Counted from the first letter of the stretch, positions 34,801 through 49,800 are shown. The stretch: 64,000 nt of DNA from Hyphochytrium catenoides (GCA_900088475.1 FLMG01004723.1:1-64000), one strand, 5' to 3'. Numbers and translations: made by a program. Notes: a model not told the origin generated them from the letters alone.

Positions 34801-37800
34801 AGCGTTGTATGCTATAGGTAAGGTCGATTGCCCCATAAAGCTGAGCCTGAAGTAACCGCTCAGATTGTCAACATCTGCACCTGAGCGGACCACTTGCACC
34901 TCAGGGACGCCATCACCACTAGATAAGATGATAGTTTGCTCTTCGGCTTGATAGTTAGATTCCGCTGGCCACCAGTCTACTACAACTGGTAAAGGGTGAA
35001 GCTCCAAAGCCGCCGACTTTGAGCTTGCCCATCGGACCTTAATTGATGTTGAGGAGGTAGACGCAACATCGACACCTCTTGGCGGACTGGGCTTTCCAAG
35101 CAATCTAAACTTGGTAGTTTGTGAAGCAAAGCCCGCACCTCTTGCATTAAACGCCGTGACCCGTGCAAAATAATCAACTTCTTCAGAAAGTCCTGCAATG
35201 GTAATCCTGGATATCAAAATCAAGGAGAAAGGGAAGTGAGATTTGAAAGGCCCCCTAGGTTATCTAGACAAAAGAGTGAGAAATACTATCGCTTCAAGGA
35301 GACTTTACTGAAGATGTGTTTTGACATATCAGCTGGCGCTCCTTACCTATACGGGTCAGTGCCCATGACGATATGGGAGACTTTGACTCCAGGTTCAAGA
35401 CCACTGACGCCAGCGTCGTCCGCTATCAAGAGTGGAATATTGGATCCACTCACTCTTCGATCACGAGACATCTGCGCAAAAGTGATGGTCCAGGAAAAGA
35501 GTCCCAACGTTTTGTCCACAGTGGTTCGCTCGACATGCACCGTTGATAAAGATTGATGAACATCTTCTAGTGTTCTTCGCATATCTGCCGCGGACGCATC
35601 AACGGGTATTGGCTCAGAATGCTTGCCCTCCACATTGAGGACAAATGCTCCACCTACTTCAGTTTTAGAGTAGACTGTAATTGCCTGAACAGCGTAGGTG
35701 TAATCACCTGGAACAATGTCACTTTTGCCAGGCTTAATTTCCTCCACAAGGATTTGTGGATGACTACCACTAAGCTCGGTGCCATCCGCTTCAAGCAAGC
35801 CTAAGTTACCAATTACTCCTTCGAAATAAATGGTCCACTCAGATCCCCTTGCAACGAGCTTCTTACTCACTCTAAGAGGCGAAGGACCGAAGGTCCTGGA
35901 TATGAACAAATCCTGCAAGCTTACTGCCATGTCAGTTGCGTCTATATCATATGGTAGGAGGCCGGTAGTAGACCCCCCAAACGACAGTCTGAAGGCTCCT
36001 CCGGGAGGATCGGCGTCCGTGTTGTCTCCAAAGATAATTGTGACACGCTGAACCTCAGGAATGTATTTTATCTGCCTCAGTCCGTACTGAGGGGATGACG
36101 GTAAGAAGTCCAAATTCGTGTCCCATTCCAGATAGTAGCGTGTGACCTGTGCCCCTCCATCCGAAAATGGTGGCCGGTATCTAACATTTACCATTCCCTC
36201 TCCATAGTGATCCTCTATAACCAAACCGCGCGGAGCAGAGGGTAGAGTTCCAGTAAATGGCGCTGTAGATGCTTTAAGAAGGTTAGACGAAATCCCATAG
36301 CCGTGTTTGGCGTTACCAGATCTTATTCTGACGCCGTAACTCTGTGATTCGCCAAGGGTAATAATGCGGTTGCCGTTGTAGACCGACATTAAACCTTTGC
36401 CCTCTCTGTGGTGGCGAATGCTGAAAGCAGTAGATGATACACTACTTGAAAGCATTGGAATGCTTCTCGACAAAGTAGAACCAACGAATCTGACGGTATA
36501 TACCTGAGCATATTGAGTCGGAGAGGTATACCGGCGTTGGCGAGACAGCTTGACTCCCAGCCCAGGTTCTGAAGAAGAAACCAGCAGACCTAACGCCTCT
36601 TGCAAAGCGTATTCATCCTCTGAGATCTCCCAGGGAAGAGTTGGCGTGACTTTTCCCGCGAACTCAATGAGAAAGCTCACGCCGCTCCCATCTTGTGGTT
36701 CTTCATTTAAGAAACTCATGGTTTGCACCTCAGCGTGGTAGCCTATTGACAGATGATCGGCAGGCCTTGCTAAAGAAATGGTCGTCCCAATTGTTGCACC
36801 GAGGCCCCGCCATGTCCTCTCTGGTATGGCTTGGAAGGATTCCAGCAGTGCATCTTCGTTAAAAAGAACGACATGCCGGAAACCAAAGGCGATTGCCTCG
36901 CCGGGCTCAAACAGTATGTCCCGAGATATGGTGCCCGCAACGGTTACAGAACTCATGGAAACGACTAAGATCATGTACTTCGTGTCAGCAATCCAAATTG
37001 GCTGTCCTGAAGTAAGAATGTCCATGTGGTTGGCGGTCGTTTGTAGTTTGGACGAGCCAGCTTTAGCATAGAAATAACCAGGTAGTTTCTGTCGAGTTCT
37101 TGTAACTTTGCCAACATTGACAGGCACTCCTTCTTGACCCCTGAGAGAAAGAGGACAAGGTATTGTCAAAGACATAGAAGTAGGGCTCATGTAGGCCACT
37201 GTCGCTGAGACATCGCCACATTGAACCACGTCGCCTTGTGCAAAAGTTTGAAGAGGATTGATGGCTGCACCGTATTCAGCGATTGTTATTCCCGATAGCG
37301 TAATGCCGTCCAGTGACACTTTTGACCGCAAGGAAAGGGGAGAACTTCCTTCTTCGTCCTCAAGGAGGAGGGCGCTGCCGAGGCTAGTTAGGTCATTTAG
37401 TGCTGTCTTTACCCTCAGATGAGTAGCGTATGGTGATAGGCTCGCCGTTTCGTCCCCATTATAGTACAACCTGAACGAACCGTCAATTGCTCCGTCCTGG
37501 ACAGCCGACTCTACTATTCCTGCTTCGTAGACCCTCACCGTAACATCAATCCCCCAAATGAAGCGATCATCAATCTCAATCTTCTCATTGAATAGATCCG
37601 TGTCCAGAAGAGTCACAAACCATACCCATCCATTGACCCCAAAGTTGTGAACCTTAACTGACACAAGTCGAATCTCGGGAAGACTCTCCAGCGCTGCCTT
37701 GATATGCCGGTCGGTAGTTGGCAAGTCAATGGTACCAGAGCTCGACCCGCCATAGTGAATTTTCACAGATCCTCGAATCTCAGAGAGGGCATCAAAGACC

Positions 37801-40800
37801 ACGACCTGCGAGCGGGGCTCACCCTTAGCACAAGATCCAGAGAAGGAGACACTGTCTACCGTAACGCTGGTACTTAAATCAGCATCAAAGCCCAAGCAGC
37901 CACCCTGACCCCAGGAGGCTTTCGGCGCCCGTAGGATTGGTGCCTTTTCATCTTCTTGTAGACCACTGAAAACGACGTGGAAGTCATAAGGAAATCCCTG
38001 CGCATACACCGTCCTGCGTCCAGTAAAAGATTCGCAGGGATTGGTAGCATCCGCATCCTCAACCATTAATAACGTGGTTGAGGGCTGGCTCTTCACTACA
38101 AGATAGCACTCCTGCCACGTATCCGAAGTCAAGGAAGTAAGATGCACCTTAGTACCAGCGGCCAGAGTCAAAGGCAGACTGGAGCTGAAGGTCAGTGTCC
38201 CTGGAGTTGATCCGTCAGCAGCCGTGTAGCCAGTGGTCGTAGTTGATATCCCATCAGCAAGAAGAACCTTATATTCAGTTATTCTTCTGACATGAACGGT
38301 TGCTAAACTGGGGGGTTTTATACGATAAAGTTCTTCTTGTATGACGGATGCTTCTGGAATGAAGGGAATACAGGCAGTCTCCTTGCCATCAAGCCAGAGT
38401 TTGAACTGTCCAGTCGTAACAGGGCCTGAAGACTCTAGCGAGAGCCAATTCTCGAAGGACGGTCTTCCGCTTACATACTTCCCGCATTGCTCATTGTCAT
38501 TGTTAATGAAGGCCTCCATAACCTGTGGGTTTCTAGAGCCTTGCCGAATTATGTGGACCTCCGACACCGATACGTCTCCATAGACAGCCAAAACATTACT
38601 TTCCACCAGTTCGAGGGTATGCGTCGCTTCATACAACTCGATTTCCCACATATATCCTCTGGAAAGTCCCATCTCGCATCCCGCACTGCTTACATAGACT
38701 GGTGTCGGGCTCCCAAAAACTCCGATAGGGCAGGAATGCGCCTCTACCTGAACCTCAATTCGCGAGGTTGATGACTGTGGCTTGGCTGCAATAGTGATCA
38801 AACAGTCTATACCTACCACAGCCTTAACACCTTGGACAAGCTTCTGAGCTTCAGATTCTGAAAGAGACTGAAAGTGAAGGGCACGTGGTCCGAGCTCCAC
38901 AGCTTTGCTCCCAAAAAGTGAATAACGTTGCACCACGACTTCATATACGGACGGCAATGCCTGTAACGCAATTGCAACATCGTTGGAACAGGTGTAAACG
39001 TCTATTGCACCAGTCCTTTCCATGCCCACAGCCAGTCCAAAGGACCCACGAAGATCACCCTTCTCCCCATGGATTGAGAAACGATACAGACTGGACTGGC
39101 TGAATTCTAGAGCTGACGCATCGCTTAGCGCTGGGAGCCACTCCAACCGGTAGAAATCCACCTCCATACCCTTGCTGATCCTTGACTGGAAGCTAATTGA
39201 AAGCGTAGAATAACTTGAGAGGCCTTGGGTCAGGTTGATTGGAGGAAGGGGACTGGAGGATGCCTCAAGACTAACAGGAGATATTGCGTAGTTCAAGGAA
39301 GCTGTGGAATCTCCATATCCTGCAGCGGTCAAAGCCTCAATCTTGGAATGGTAAGAGATTCCTGGTTCCAGATTACGCAGGGTCGCAGATGGCCTTGGGA
39401 AGTGGCCATACTGGCTTCTTGTGACCTCTACACTAGTAAGAGGTCCATTGATTCCTGCGCTACAATGGCTTTCAATCTCTATGAGAGGGAGAGGGCCCTG
39501 ATAAGAGCGAAACTCTATCAGAAAACCAAACCCTTGACTCCTTTGTAACCGTTCAACTTTGACCAAACCCGCGGTCGGCAAGAGCGATAAGCCTGTGGCT
39601 AGATCATCAGAGGAGGCATCACATTCAAAACTAGTAGAGACACCATGAAATGATATGACAAAGTACCCATGGAGGTTCACATTAGCGACCTCTAGTTCTG
39701 GAGGTGAGACGAATTCAACCGTTTGGACCTCTGCAATGCCTTTAGGCGTTTCAACAACCATGGCAGACTGCCCAAACTCTGGTGGCATTGCCTTCATTAG
39801 TAAGGCAGATGGGCTATTGAACGGGGAGGTAAACTGAACCTCGCTCTCCTCTGGGCGTCCAAAGAGGCAAGGAGAGTTTGGACAAGCCATTCCCCGACTT
39901 AGAGAGAGAAAAGTCACTATCCAGCGGTAGCAATTCTTTTGATCCGGCCCTTGTCTAAGGACAATAACTTTGCCCAATCCTGGAAGACTCTCAAGCGCGG
40001 CTTTCATAACTTCAGCCGGGGCATCAACCGGCACTCGGACTGAATACCTTTTGAAGAGAGTATTCTTTCCTGGAAGAAAGACATAATTAGTTCCGTGTAA
40101 GTTCAGAGCCCAGGGTCGGATATCAGCATTACCTGTTGATAGAGGGCCACCATCCAGGCTCTGCAATGACAGGCTTGTGGGATTAACACTTTGGACAGTG
40201 AACTCTCTGTCGCCCAGCCGAACGGGGTCACCTGGATCAAGCGACGCAGTCAAATCGATAGATGTACCAATTGTATTGCTGCCCCCTAGTGTCTCCAATA
40301 CTTGAAGCGAGGTGGAATCCTTTCTGATCTGCACGTTATGAACAGTGGCCAGGCTAATTCTGTCCAGTGGCAGGGCATCATCGTCCCACCTCTTTGTTAA
40401 ATGAATGCGAAACTCCTCCCCATTCAACCAGATCCTGTCCCCCCGGCTGAAGTGCTTTCGAAGTTCTGAGCCTAATTCGGAGGATGTTGACAGTAGATAA
40501 CTTCCCGATGACAAGCTGGCGGTTTCAGATCCTTGAAGATCTGTGTCACCCATTGCACCAAGATAGTCAAACGATAGCACGATCGCACCAGACGCTAGTT
40601 GAGAGGTGGTGCCTGTCGATAGTACTACTACCTCTGGGATGAAACCTGCCTGGCCCTTCTGTACCTCATGGACCTTCGCTTTGAAGAGGTCCTCCTCGGC
40701 GGGTGACAAGGGCTCACAGAGGGACCCATCAGAAGCTGTAGACTTGACAACAAGGCTATCCTGGTCGCCATTAGACACCAGCGGTCCATTGAAGGTGATA

Positions 40801-43800
40801 CTGAAGACACTTTCCGAGAGGCCACCAACAGTGGTCTCACTCTTCGTGACAGCTACTCCGTCCACATTTTCTAGTAACTGAAGTTGTCTTGCCACATCTT
40901 CTGCCGTAGAATTCCACCCTATGCAATTTGTTGTTAGTCCGCCAAGGCTAAGTGCAAACTCGCCTGACGTAACGGCATTGCCAGGTAAGGCTACACTCTG
41001 GACCTCATTGATGCGACTTGAAACTGTAACACGATAGTTCTTTACGGTCGCACCCTGACAGCCATAAGGACCACACCCAAGGGGTTTTCCAAATTCAAGC
41101 TCGGCGGTTTTGGTGTCGATGTTCCAAAAGCGACGAGGTGGACCCACAACACTTGCACCACTCATACCAACGATTGTTTCGGGAGTAGAAGAAGTGCTAG
41201 GTGGGCCGTAGAGTTTGTCTCCTTTCATGCTCCGAAATGCTCGAACCCGCACATAAAGAGGGATGCCATCGTATTCTAACGTCACTTCAGCTGCAAGCCT
41301 CTCAGAGAAGGCTTCTAGCTGGTCGTAAGCCACCTCGACGCTCCCTGTTGGAAGGTTCTCGCCAGCAAGGCAACGCTCAGTCGCGCACACATCTTTGTAG
41401 TGACCTCCCCTGCTCCATTCGATAAGGTAACCCCCTATAGGAGGAATCACGTCCTCCTCCGAGGGCTTCTGCCACGACACCCTAAAGCCCAAGGACTGCT
41501 GATCGGTCCTCTGAGAGAGTTCTACGAACATAGGCTTTTGAGGTAAGGAAGTGACTGGCCTTGAGAATAATGGAGTCGAAGTGCCTGGAAGACCATATCC
41601 AATAGAGTTGTAAGCACTGACCCTCGCAAACCAACTCTTCGAGGCATCCAACGATCCCGGAAGAGCGACGGAGTATGATTTCTTCCCAATACGATCCTGG
41701 GTTACGCCCTTAATTTTCTCGGAGGAGACGAATGGCTTCAAAAAAACAGCAATGCTTCCACTAAAGGTGCCACACTTGTCTAAATCTTCAACTGCCAGAG
41801 TTCCAAGGAGTGAGGAGGGCTCTTGGGCGATGGCGTACCGACACAAGTTGGCACCTTGGTCAATTGTTACAACCGCCCCAGTCTTCGCAGCTGAAACAAG
41901 GGGCCTGGCTGTCCAATCGACACCCTTCATTATTCCGTCGCTGACCTCCGTGATGGCCATAAAGTATGGATCAAATCCTGAAACTGATGCATCGACCAAT
42001 GGGACATCGCCCATTCGAGTATGGAAGGTAATATCAAAGTTTGAAGCAAGCGACGAGTCCGGGGAACAGGCAGAGAACGCCCCATTTCTGAACTTGATAG
42101 ACACTAGACCGACTTGTGCCTGAACACTTTCTAACGCCCTTGCAAGCTCGAGTTCGCCTGCGGTGCTGCTAATTGCAATAGAGCTTTCCTGCTCATACAT
42201 TGAGAGTGTTAACTGGACAATAACAGCTGCAGAACCAGAAGTTATATCACTCGGACATTCCGAGAACAGGATTGGAATAGTGGTTGAAGTGCCAGCAACG
42301 AGTGTCACCGCGTCATACTTAATTGTGCATCCTCTCAGGGCACCATCGGGAAGCACTGTTAGCTCAGTGGCGCTTTGAAGCTTTCTAATGTCGCCTGGTG
42401 AGAGAGGGGCAGTTGTCGTGATGAGGTCTGCAGCTATATTTAGGATTTGGGCTTCAATTCTTTCATAGGGCAGTAAAAGACTCAAGCCGAATTGGGTAAG
42501 GCTTGAGAATTCCCAGCACGAGTGCTCAACTTGTAAAGCGCTCTGGCCAGCTTTGGGTTCCAAAACAAGCTTCAGATTGCATGGCGTAGGCCTCATCAGC
42601 ACGAGATTATCTCCTTTGCGAAGTTTATTGGCGTCCTCCACGGATAATGGAGAATTCAGGCTCAGCCAATTGCTTCGAAGACTTAGCCCTTTGGCAACGA
42701 GAGGGATCTCCTCCATTGATGCAATGCAACGAATCGACTGGACCTCCTCTCTGGAACCTACAGCGATAGAAGCTCCTCCACTACTACAGCCACTGCGATC
42801 AATATCACGGCATTGAAGTAGGCCACGCCCATCGGCCATCAGCTTATGGGAGACGGGTTTCTGTAGGCTGGAAAAGTATCTCGTATACTGACTACCTTCT
42901 TCTAGGACTGAAAGAAAGGTGATCATCCAAGTGTAACCTGTCTGCCCGAGCTTGCGCGAGACAGCCACTTCCTCAATGGTCCCTAGCTTTTCAAGATGGA
43001 ATTTCAGGGCGGAAGAGCTTATCTTATAAGACAGAGGTGGAGTCGATTCTCCATCGAAAGAAAGGGTGAAAGTGCCACCCACAAATTTACCGCGCGAGCA
43101 CGAAGTAGTAAGCGATTGCACCTCAAATTCAGGATGCCCTTGTCTAGCTGCCAGCTCCTTCACGAAGTACTCTGGACCGCTAAATAAGGGGGAGGAATCC
43201 CACTCTACTCGATACTTGGTGATTGTTTTCCCTCCAGAGACCTTCGGTGGCACCCATTCCACGACCATTTGACCATTGAAGTTGTTTGAAAGGGAAATCT
43301 CTTCAGGAGGATCAGGCAATCTATAGGCGGGGCGAATAGACGGTGGATTTGTTGGTTTAAAGTCACCGTACCCGATGGTGGGTAGCGGAATTCCCTTTAG
43401 AGGCTCAAAGTACCTCTCGGCGTTTCTCAGCTTCATAGCGTACCGCAAACTAAAGGATGACATGTCATAGAACAAAGAGCCTCCCGTTGTTCCAGGCAAC
43501 AAAATCGATGATAGATTAGTTGCTGGCCCTTGGCTAAAGGGAGAGCTTCTAGCTGCTACGCGAATAAAATACTCTTGCCCTGGCATCAATCTGGAAAGCT
43601 TGAGCCGCTGAACGCTTCGAATGTTCATTTTTGATAAAGGATTTTTTGGGGATTGGCTGGGTACACCATTTGATAAAAGCTGAGGGTGGCTGGACGGATT
43701 GATTCCCTCTGGAAATGTTATTTCCCATCGTACTCCTTCACCGATATTTGAAAGTCTAACATGTACTTGGGAAATTGAAGTTAACCTCTCTAATGCAGCT

Positions 43801-46800
43801 TTAACGTCCTCTGCACTTGAGTTCCACTTGAGGGGCAATGTTGTCTCTGGTTTGAATAAAGGAAGGTACGATGCTTCAACGACGGCGGTTTTGAACGTGG
43901 GTGGCGCCCCTGGAAATGCAGGGCAACCCAGAAGACCTCCATCGCCAAAGCTGACCACCTCTAGGTAAGGCATATTTCCGCGGACATAGAAACCAGAAAA
44001 GGTGACATAGTAGGTGATGTCCATAATATTACCACTATTTGCCCGTGGCGTCACTCGCGCCGTAACGTCTACGTGGTCTATGGAAGTGAGTGCTTCAAGC
44101 GCGGCCTTTACTTGCACAATGTCAAAGGTTAGGTTCCCACTTGTAGGAACCAGGCAGCCCAAGTTCCCTCCGAGGGAGTCCCAGAATGTCACCTCCTCTC
44201 CAAATTTGAGCCGGAATCCACCCGAATTCTCAGATAGGACTACTTCACCTGAATCAGCTGAGAATTTAACTGCCTGTACCTGAAATGACGCCTCGTGAAA
44301 GTCGTTCCAGTCAAGACTCTGAGGCAGGGAAGGCAGAAGGTCCGAAGCAATTGGTATTGCAAGTGCTGATCTTTGTGGGTAGCTACTATCCGTCAATACG
44401 CTGAACCGTCTACCAGTCACTGGATTTCCAACTTGTACGTATTCACCACGTTGGGCTACAATCCGACCATCCAGTAGTGTGTTGTCGTCATCCATTAGAC
44501 CTGGTTGAATTGAGGAATCGCCAACCCCAGCTCCCAATGCCACGCCCATTGATGTCGATAACTTGTACATCGGAACCTCTTGCAAAGAGTTGCCCAACAA
44601 GGGCGCTTTAGACCAAGGGTCATGTAAGTGGCAGAGGGGGATAGCTGCGGGGCCCCATGAAAGGTATATCTTCTCCTCTGTGTAGCTAGGAATGCTGGAG
44701 CAGATATGGCCCGACTTCACGGAGATAAAGGCTGGTAGACCTCCGGTCTCAGATACTACCATGCGACAACCCGCAAGATACAACACAGAGTCCACCGCTA
44801 GAGCCTGCGGAATGTTAGCAGGTCCTACGGTGCCTGTTGGACTTAAGTTTATCACGTTAGTATTGGCATCAAAGCCCGAAAACTTGAGCCCAGAGCCTTC
44901 AAATACGTCTAACAGTATGTCGACGTTTAGGCACACGCGAAATTCCCGATCTCCCAAGCGTACAAAGTCACCCCGAACAAGGCTGCGATCGAGCCTGCTT
45001 GAGCCATAGCCCAGAGAGAGGTCTGGGGCCCTTCGGATCACAAAGTACTCTCGCTCGTACAAGCGGTAAAAGGTCCACAATCCATCATCATCTTGACCAC
45101 CAACCCATTGTGAGTAACCCCCCGGTTGATCTGCAATAGACAGACTGAAGGAGCTATGCTCATTGAATGCCTGACTAGTCGTCGTCGTAGCCGTCAGGGA
45201 TACTTCCTGAATGCTGTTGGATGGCGAGACCGTTCTCCATGCGGGGCTAGGGAAGGTGTGATTGGTATCCCACTCGACACGATAGTCAGCTACTATCCCG
45301 CCCCCAGAAAATAGATCATCCTTGAACTTCACCTCCAACGCGGTGTCTGAGAGGCGGGAAACAATTGCATTAGGAGCAGCGGGTTTCCTTTGAGGCGTAA
45401 TGCTGCCGCTTGGGTATGAATAAGGGCTGCGCTTCCCAAAGGTGTCGAGCACTGTAATCCTTGTTATGTAAGGCATTCCCTCCTTAAGCCCGCTGATTTG
45501 GACGGATGTCTCGTTCGCACCAATTACGCGCCTATGGTAATCTTCTAGGGTTGCTCTGGGCAATTGTACGCTCACTTGGGCACAAGAACCAGCTCGATGG
45601 AGTCCGATGGTGTTTACATATATCTCAGGAGCTTCCATCAATGCCCGGCTAGGGTTCAGAAAGGTAATACCCCAGGTGAACCCTCCATATGAATTCAGCG
45701 CCCTGTTCACCAAAACAGGGCCCACCATCGGTACCTTCTCAAAAGCTTGGCGTAGTTGTTCCGGAGTTGAGTCATGCTCCAAGTCATGCAATGTGGCAGC
45801 AGTTGAAAGTGTCAAATTTGCAGCTGTCGGTCCGCTGTATAGGGCATGACTTGTAGGATCTTCGAAGTCCCCCAATGGCAGGGAATTCGACGCAAAGGTT
45901 TCTTTGACGTGCACGCGGAATTTTTTACTTCCTACTTGGATGGGATCCCCCCGCCGGAGAAGTCCTCTGAAATCGCTGTGAGTCGTCACAACGGAGTCTC
46001 CTGACTTTACGCTTACAGATCCAAGCCTCCTTGCACTTAAGGGACCCAAAGCAACAGAGTAGACACCACCATTTGGAACTGTGTCAGAGGAACAGCCGGT
46101 TGAGAGCTTTACGACGAGAGAGCTGGTCAGGAATGCCAAGTTTGAGCCCTGGGAGAAGCATTCTACCTCATAACTGGCCGCTTCGGACACTGGAGACCAT
46201 GAGATAAAAATGGATGACCCCTCCGGTTTAGCTTGCTTGACATTTAGCCTTGAGGAGGCTGGTGGAAGACTCTTCAACTCGGAGAGAGCCAACGCCCCGG
46301 AGCTCAGGCTGAGTTTACCGTTCGTTGCGAAAGCTCTAACGTAGAGTGGGACACCTTGGGGAAGATTTGCCATTGTGGCGGTCGCCTGAAGAAAGGTGAA
46401 ACTGTAACTTTTATCCACAAAGTTGATGCAGCCATGATTTTCATCGACAATGAGTCGGTTGGCACTATAACTCTTGATCTCCAAGATACAGTTATCCCCC
46501 ACGGATGTGTCTACCCGGAACTTCAATCCTGGGAGCAATAGAGCCCTGTAATCTCGTAATGCCGAGGGGGAGAGCATGAGTACATCGTAGGTCAGAGATC
46601 TCACACAGCTTTGGCAGAGATGTTTTAGCGTGACGGAGGTACCGATAGTACCCAAGGTTAAGCAATGCTGTGCAGAAGCAGCATTTACCGCTAGGTAACT
46701 TGATTGCACCGCATACACCGTGAAGGTACATTCCCCGACGTGAACAACATCCGAAGCTTCTATCAACCCCTTAAGGTCCTTGTTTACAAAGAGTCTGCCG

Positions 46801-49800
46801 CTTGTGGCTGAGTATGACAGTGCACAAGAGTCGCAAACCCTTAAACCAAGCGGCACGTTTGCCATTCCCATAGCGCCGCCTATAGGAGAACTGCTGAATG
46901 ATGGATCTACATCCCATTCCAGATAATAGCCCGTAAGAGGAGCTCCACCTGTATATTCCGGTGGTCCCAAGTATACTCTTGCCGAGTTAAAGGAAACAGC
47001 CTCTAGCCTTGGTGGAAGTTGGGCATTGTACATGTCTGCCGGAGGAAGTGGGGGAAGAATGGGCACCGTGAGTTGGGACTGGGTCGAGAGTACTCGCTTC
47101 CCATAGCCAAAAGAGTTCCCTGAGGCAACTCTGACATGATATGTAAGTCCTGGTCGCAAATTTGAGATTACATGTCTATAATGGGAACTATCCACATCTG
47201 AGATGTCAATGACGGGACACGGACCCTCCAGCGTCAACTCTTTCTGGCTGCCGGTAAATGGAGAGCAATTATGTCCTTTTTGAACTCTTAAAAACGTTGT
47301 GCCCGGATCAGGGGCACTGTAGAGTAGAAGACGACATGGCTGACCACCCCACAGAAAAAGAACAGTGGCAAACTCTAGTTGCGCTGCTTGGTCCCTTGTC
47401 AGAGGAGTTGTAAGGAGGGTATCATAAGGAGCAGGGAGATTCTCAATTGTCAAAGAAATGACGTGGTTAGCAACATCGCCAGAGAAAACGTCACTGTAGC
47501 CTGGACAGTAGGACTTCGTAGGAAAAGTTCCGATTTGTCCGCCGTTTTCTGTCGCAGAGACTTGCACCGTTACGCCGGTTCCAGTAAGGAAGGGGTTTAC
47601 CGTAAAAAGCGGCAGTTGCCCTAAGTCGGTGGTGAAAGTCACCAACCACGTAAAGAGCTTGAGCGCAGCATCACGGGTAATCCTGTTCACAGTCACAATT
47701 CCCACGTTAGGAAGATTATGCAAAACCTCTTCCACTCGGCCGGCAGAAGCGTCTGCTGGAAGGAGAGCTGTGGTATGTCTCTCTTTGACGATGCATGTTC
47801 GACAAAACGTAGTGTCATAAGTCAGAGAGAACCATCCGCCTACGGCGACGGCACCATCTGACCACAAAGCCATAACGTGTTGTCTATAATCTGAAGTCTT
47901 CCAGTCAGCAACGCCATATTCCACAAGTACGCTTGTAGTCTCCCTACCAAATGGATGATAAATATCTACCGCAAGGCTTGTTCCAGCCACGTACGTATTT
48001 GCCTTCTCATTGTCAAATGAGAGAGACTTCAGAGAGACTTCAGAAGGTGGCGGTGCCTTGCTTCCTAATACAACTGGACGGGTAGGTGAAAATTCGCCAT
48101 ACCCAAGCGAATTATGTCCAGAAACGCGAACGTAATAGGTCCCACCAGCGATGAGACCTCTTGCCTCAAAATAGTAAGAGGAGGGTGGTACCATCCGTGC
48201 TCGTTGTGTATAGAGGATAGGAGATGTATTGTGTAAATGGACAGCAGCACTCTGAAGGTTCCAGCCGTTACAGGCGTCCTCTTTCACAGTGATGGTGGTC
48301 TGGCTGATCACGCTTTCCACCGTGAAGACACAATTTGGCTGGACATCAGGGTCTATGGCAAGCCTCGCCCCAACCTCCAGCAAACCGTCCATATTATAGC
48401 TAAAGACGAAGGTTTTGGAAGCAGGGTCAAAATCCTGCACGCAAGCATTGCATACTTGGTAGTTGTACGACGCCGGTCTACCAGCCGTCGAGTCAAAAGT
48501 AGGAGATGTATCGAATTCCACTTTGAAAGCGTCAACCTGTTCCACAATACCTCCCCAGTCTGAGCTGTCTCGGAAGCGCACAAAAAAGGCCGTCGCGGAA
48601 TGGAAAAGCTGCATGCTAGGTCCTGACCCTGTCGATGGAACCTCCAAAATTGGGGATAGTGGAAGTCTACGAGTGCCAATATAGACCGAGCCAGGCGACA
48701 AGGATGCTTGACACGCTTCATTTCCATCTCTGCATATTGGGGAAGCTACCTGAGCTAGCTGGCCCTCTCCCATACTGTTAATAGCACGAACACGAACCAT
48801 GTACTGCTCACCCGGCACCAGATTAGAGATCCGGTGAGAGTATACCCTGGCCGACGCATCAAATTGAGTGATATACTCGTAGTTTCGGGCTAGTAGCCAC
48901 GCTGTTTGCCCTGGAGATGACAAAGAGAACATGTTGCATCGATTCTGTGGCTGCACCGATATGGTGGTGCTGTTCACTACAGAGAGAACTGTGGTGATGC
49001 AGTTATGGCCCAGGACGATGGCGTTGCTGAAGTGCAGTTTGTCGCCCACAGATAATTCTTGAGGTATCTGCTGGTCGAACACGACATGGCTCACGTCAGG
49101 GTCCAGCCGATAAGATAAAATTCCGGAGGAGAGAGGTTGTACCGCTAATTCACGTTGGTCATAACTCCACCACTCAAGGCAATATGAAGTGACAGGTGTG
49201 CCACCGTCACTCGCTGGGGGCCTAAAATGAACATCCAATGCCTGACGATCAGTGTTTACAGATGAAACGGTGACATCTACCGGCTTATCTGGAGTCCCTC
49301 GCGGAATTTCTCTGGGCGGCTGGCTCGCTTGATAGTAACCGATGCCAATCGAATTTCTGGCTGCAACCTTGACGTAGTAGTGCTTTCCTACTTCAAGATA
49401 GCCACCGTGGATCTCCGTGCTGATTGCAACCATCGGTCTCGCTGCTGGTGTTATGGCAGAGCAACTTCCCGTACCGTCGTAGGAGGATACTATAAGCTCC
49501 TCGACATCTCCTTTGAGGTTGGGACCACTGAACGTGATGTGGAACCTGTAACCAAGTCCCGTACTGGGGGTTGCGCTGATAAGCTCCGTCGTCACCCGAA
49601 CGCCTCTCGCGTTAAGAAGAGTCGATAATGATGCTTCTAGGCTTTCCCCAGTGAGTTCATTGACTGTGATGCAATCCGATCTCGGCACGCGGTGCAGACT
49701 CACTCCAGACATTTCTTGAACACATGTCTGATCATTGTGGAAGATGATACGGGTGGCATGAACCTCACGCACCTTAAGGGTACACCCAGTCAGACCACCG

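Noticed and set aside
40430-45960. Several RGD tripeptides as integrin-type adhesion motifs
   Set aside because: They fall in the 'l..Gd.i' consensus turn of the small barrel module, so they are a by-product of that repeat.
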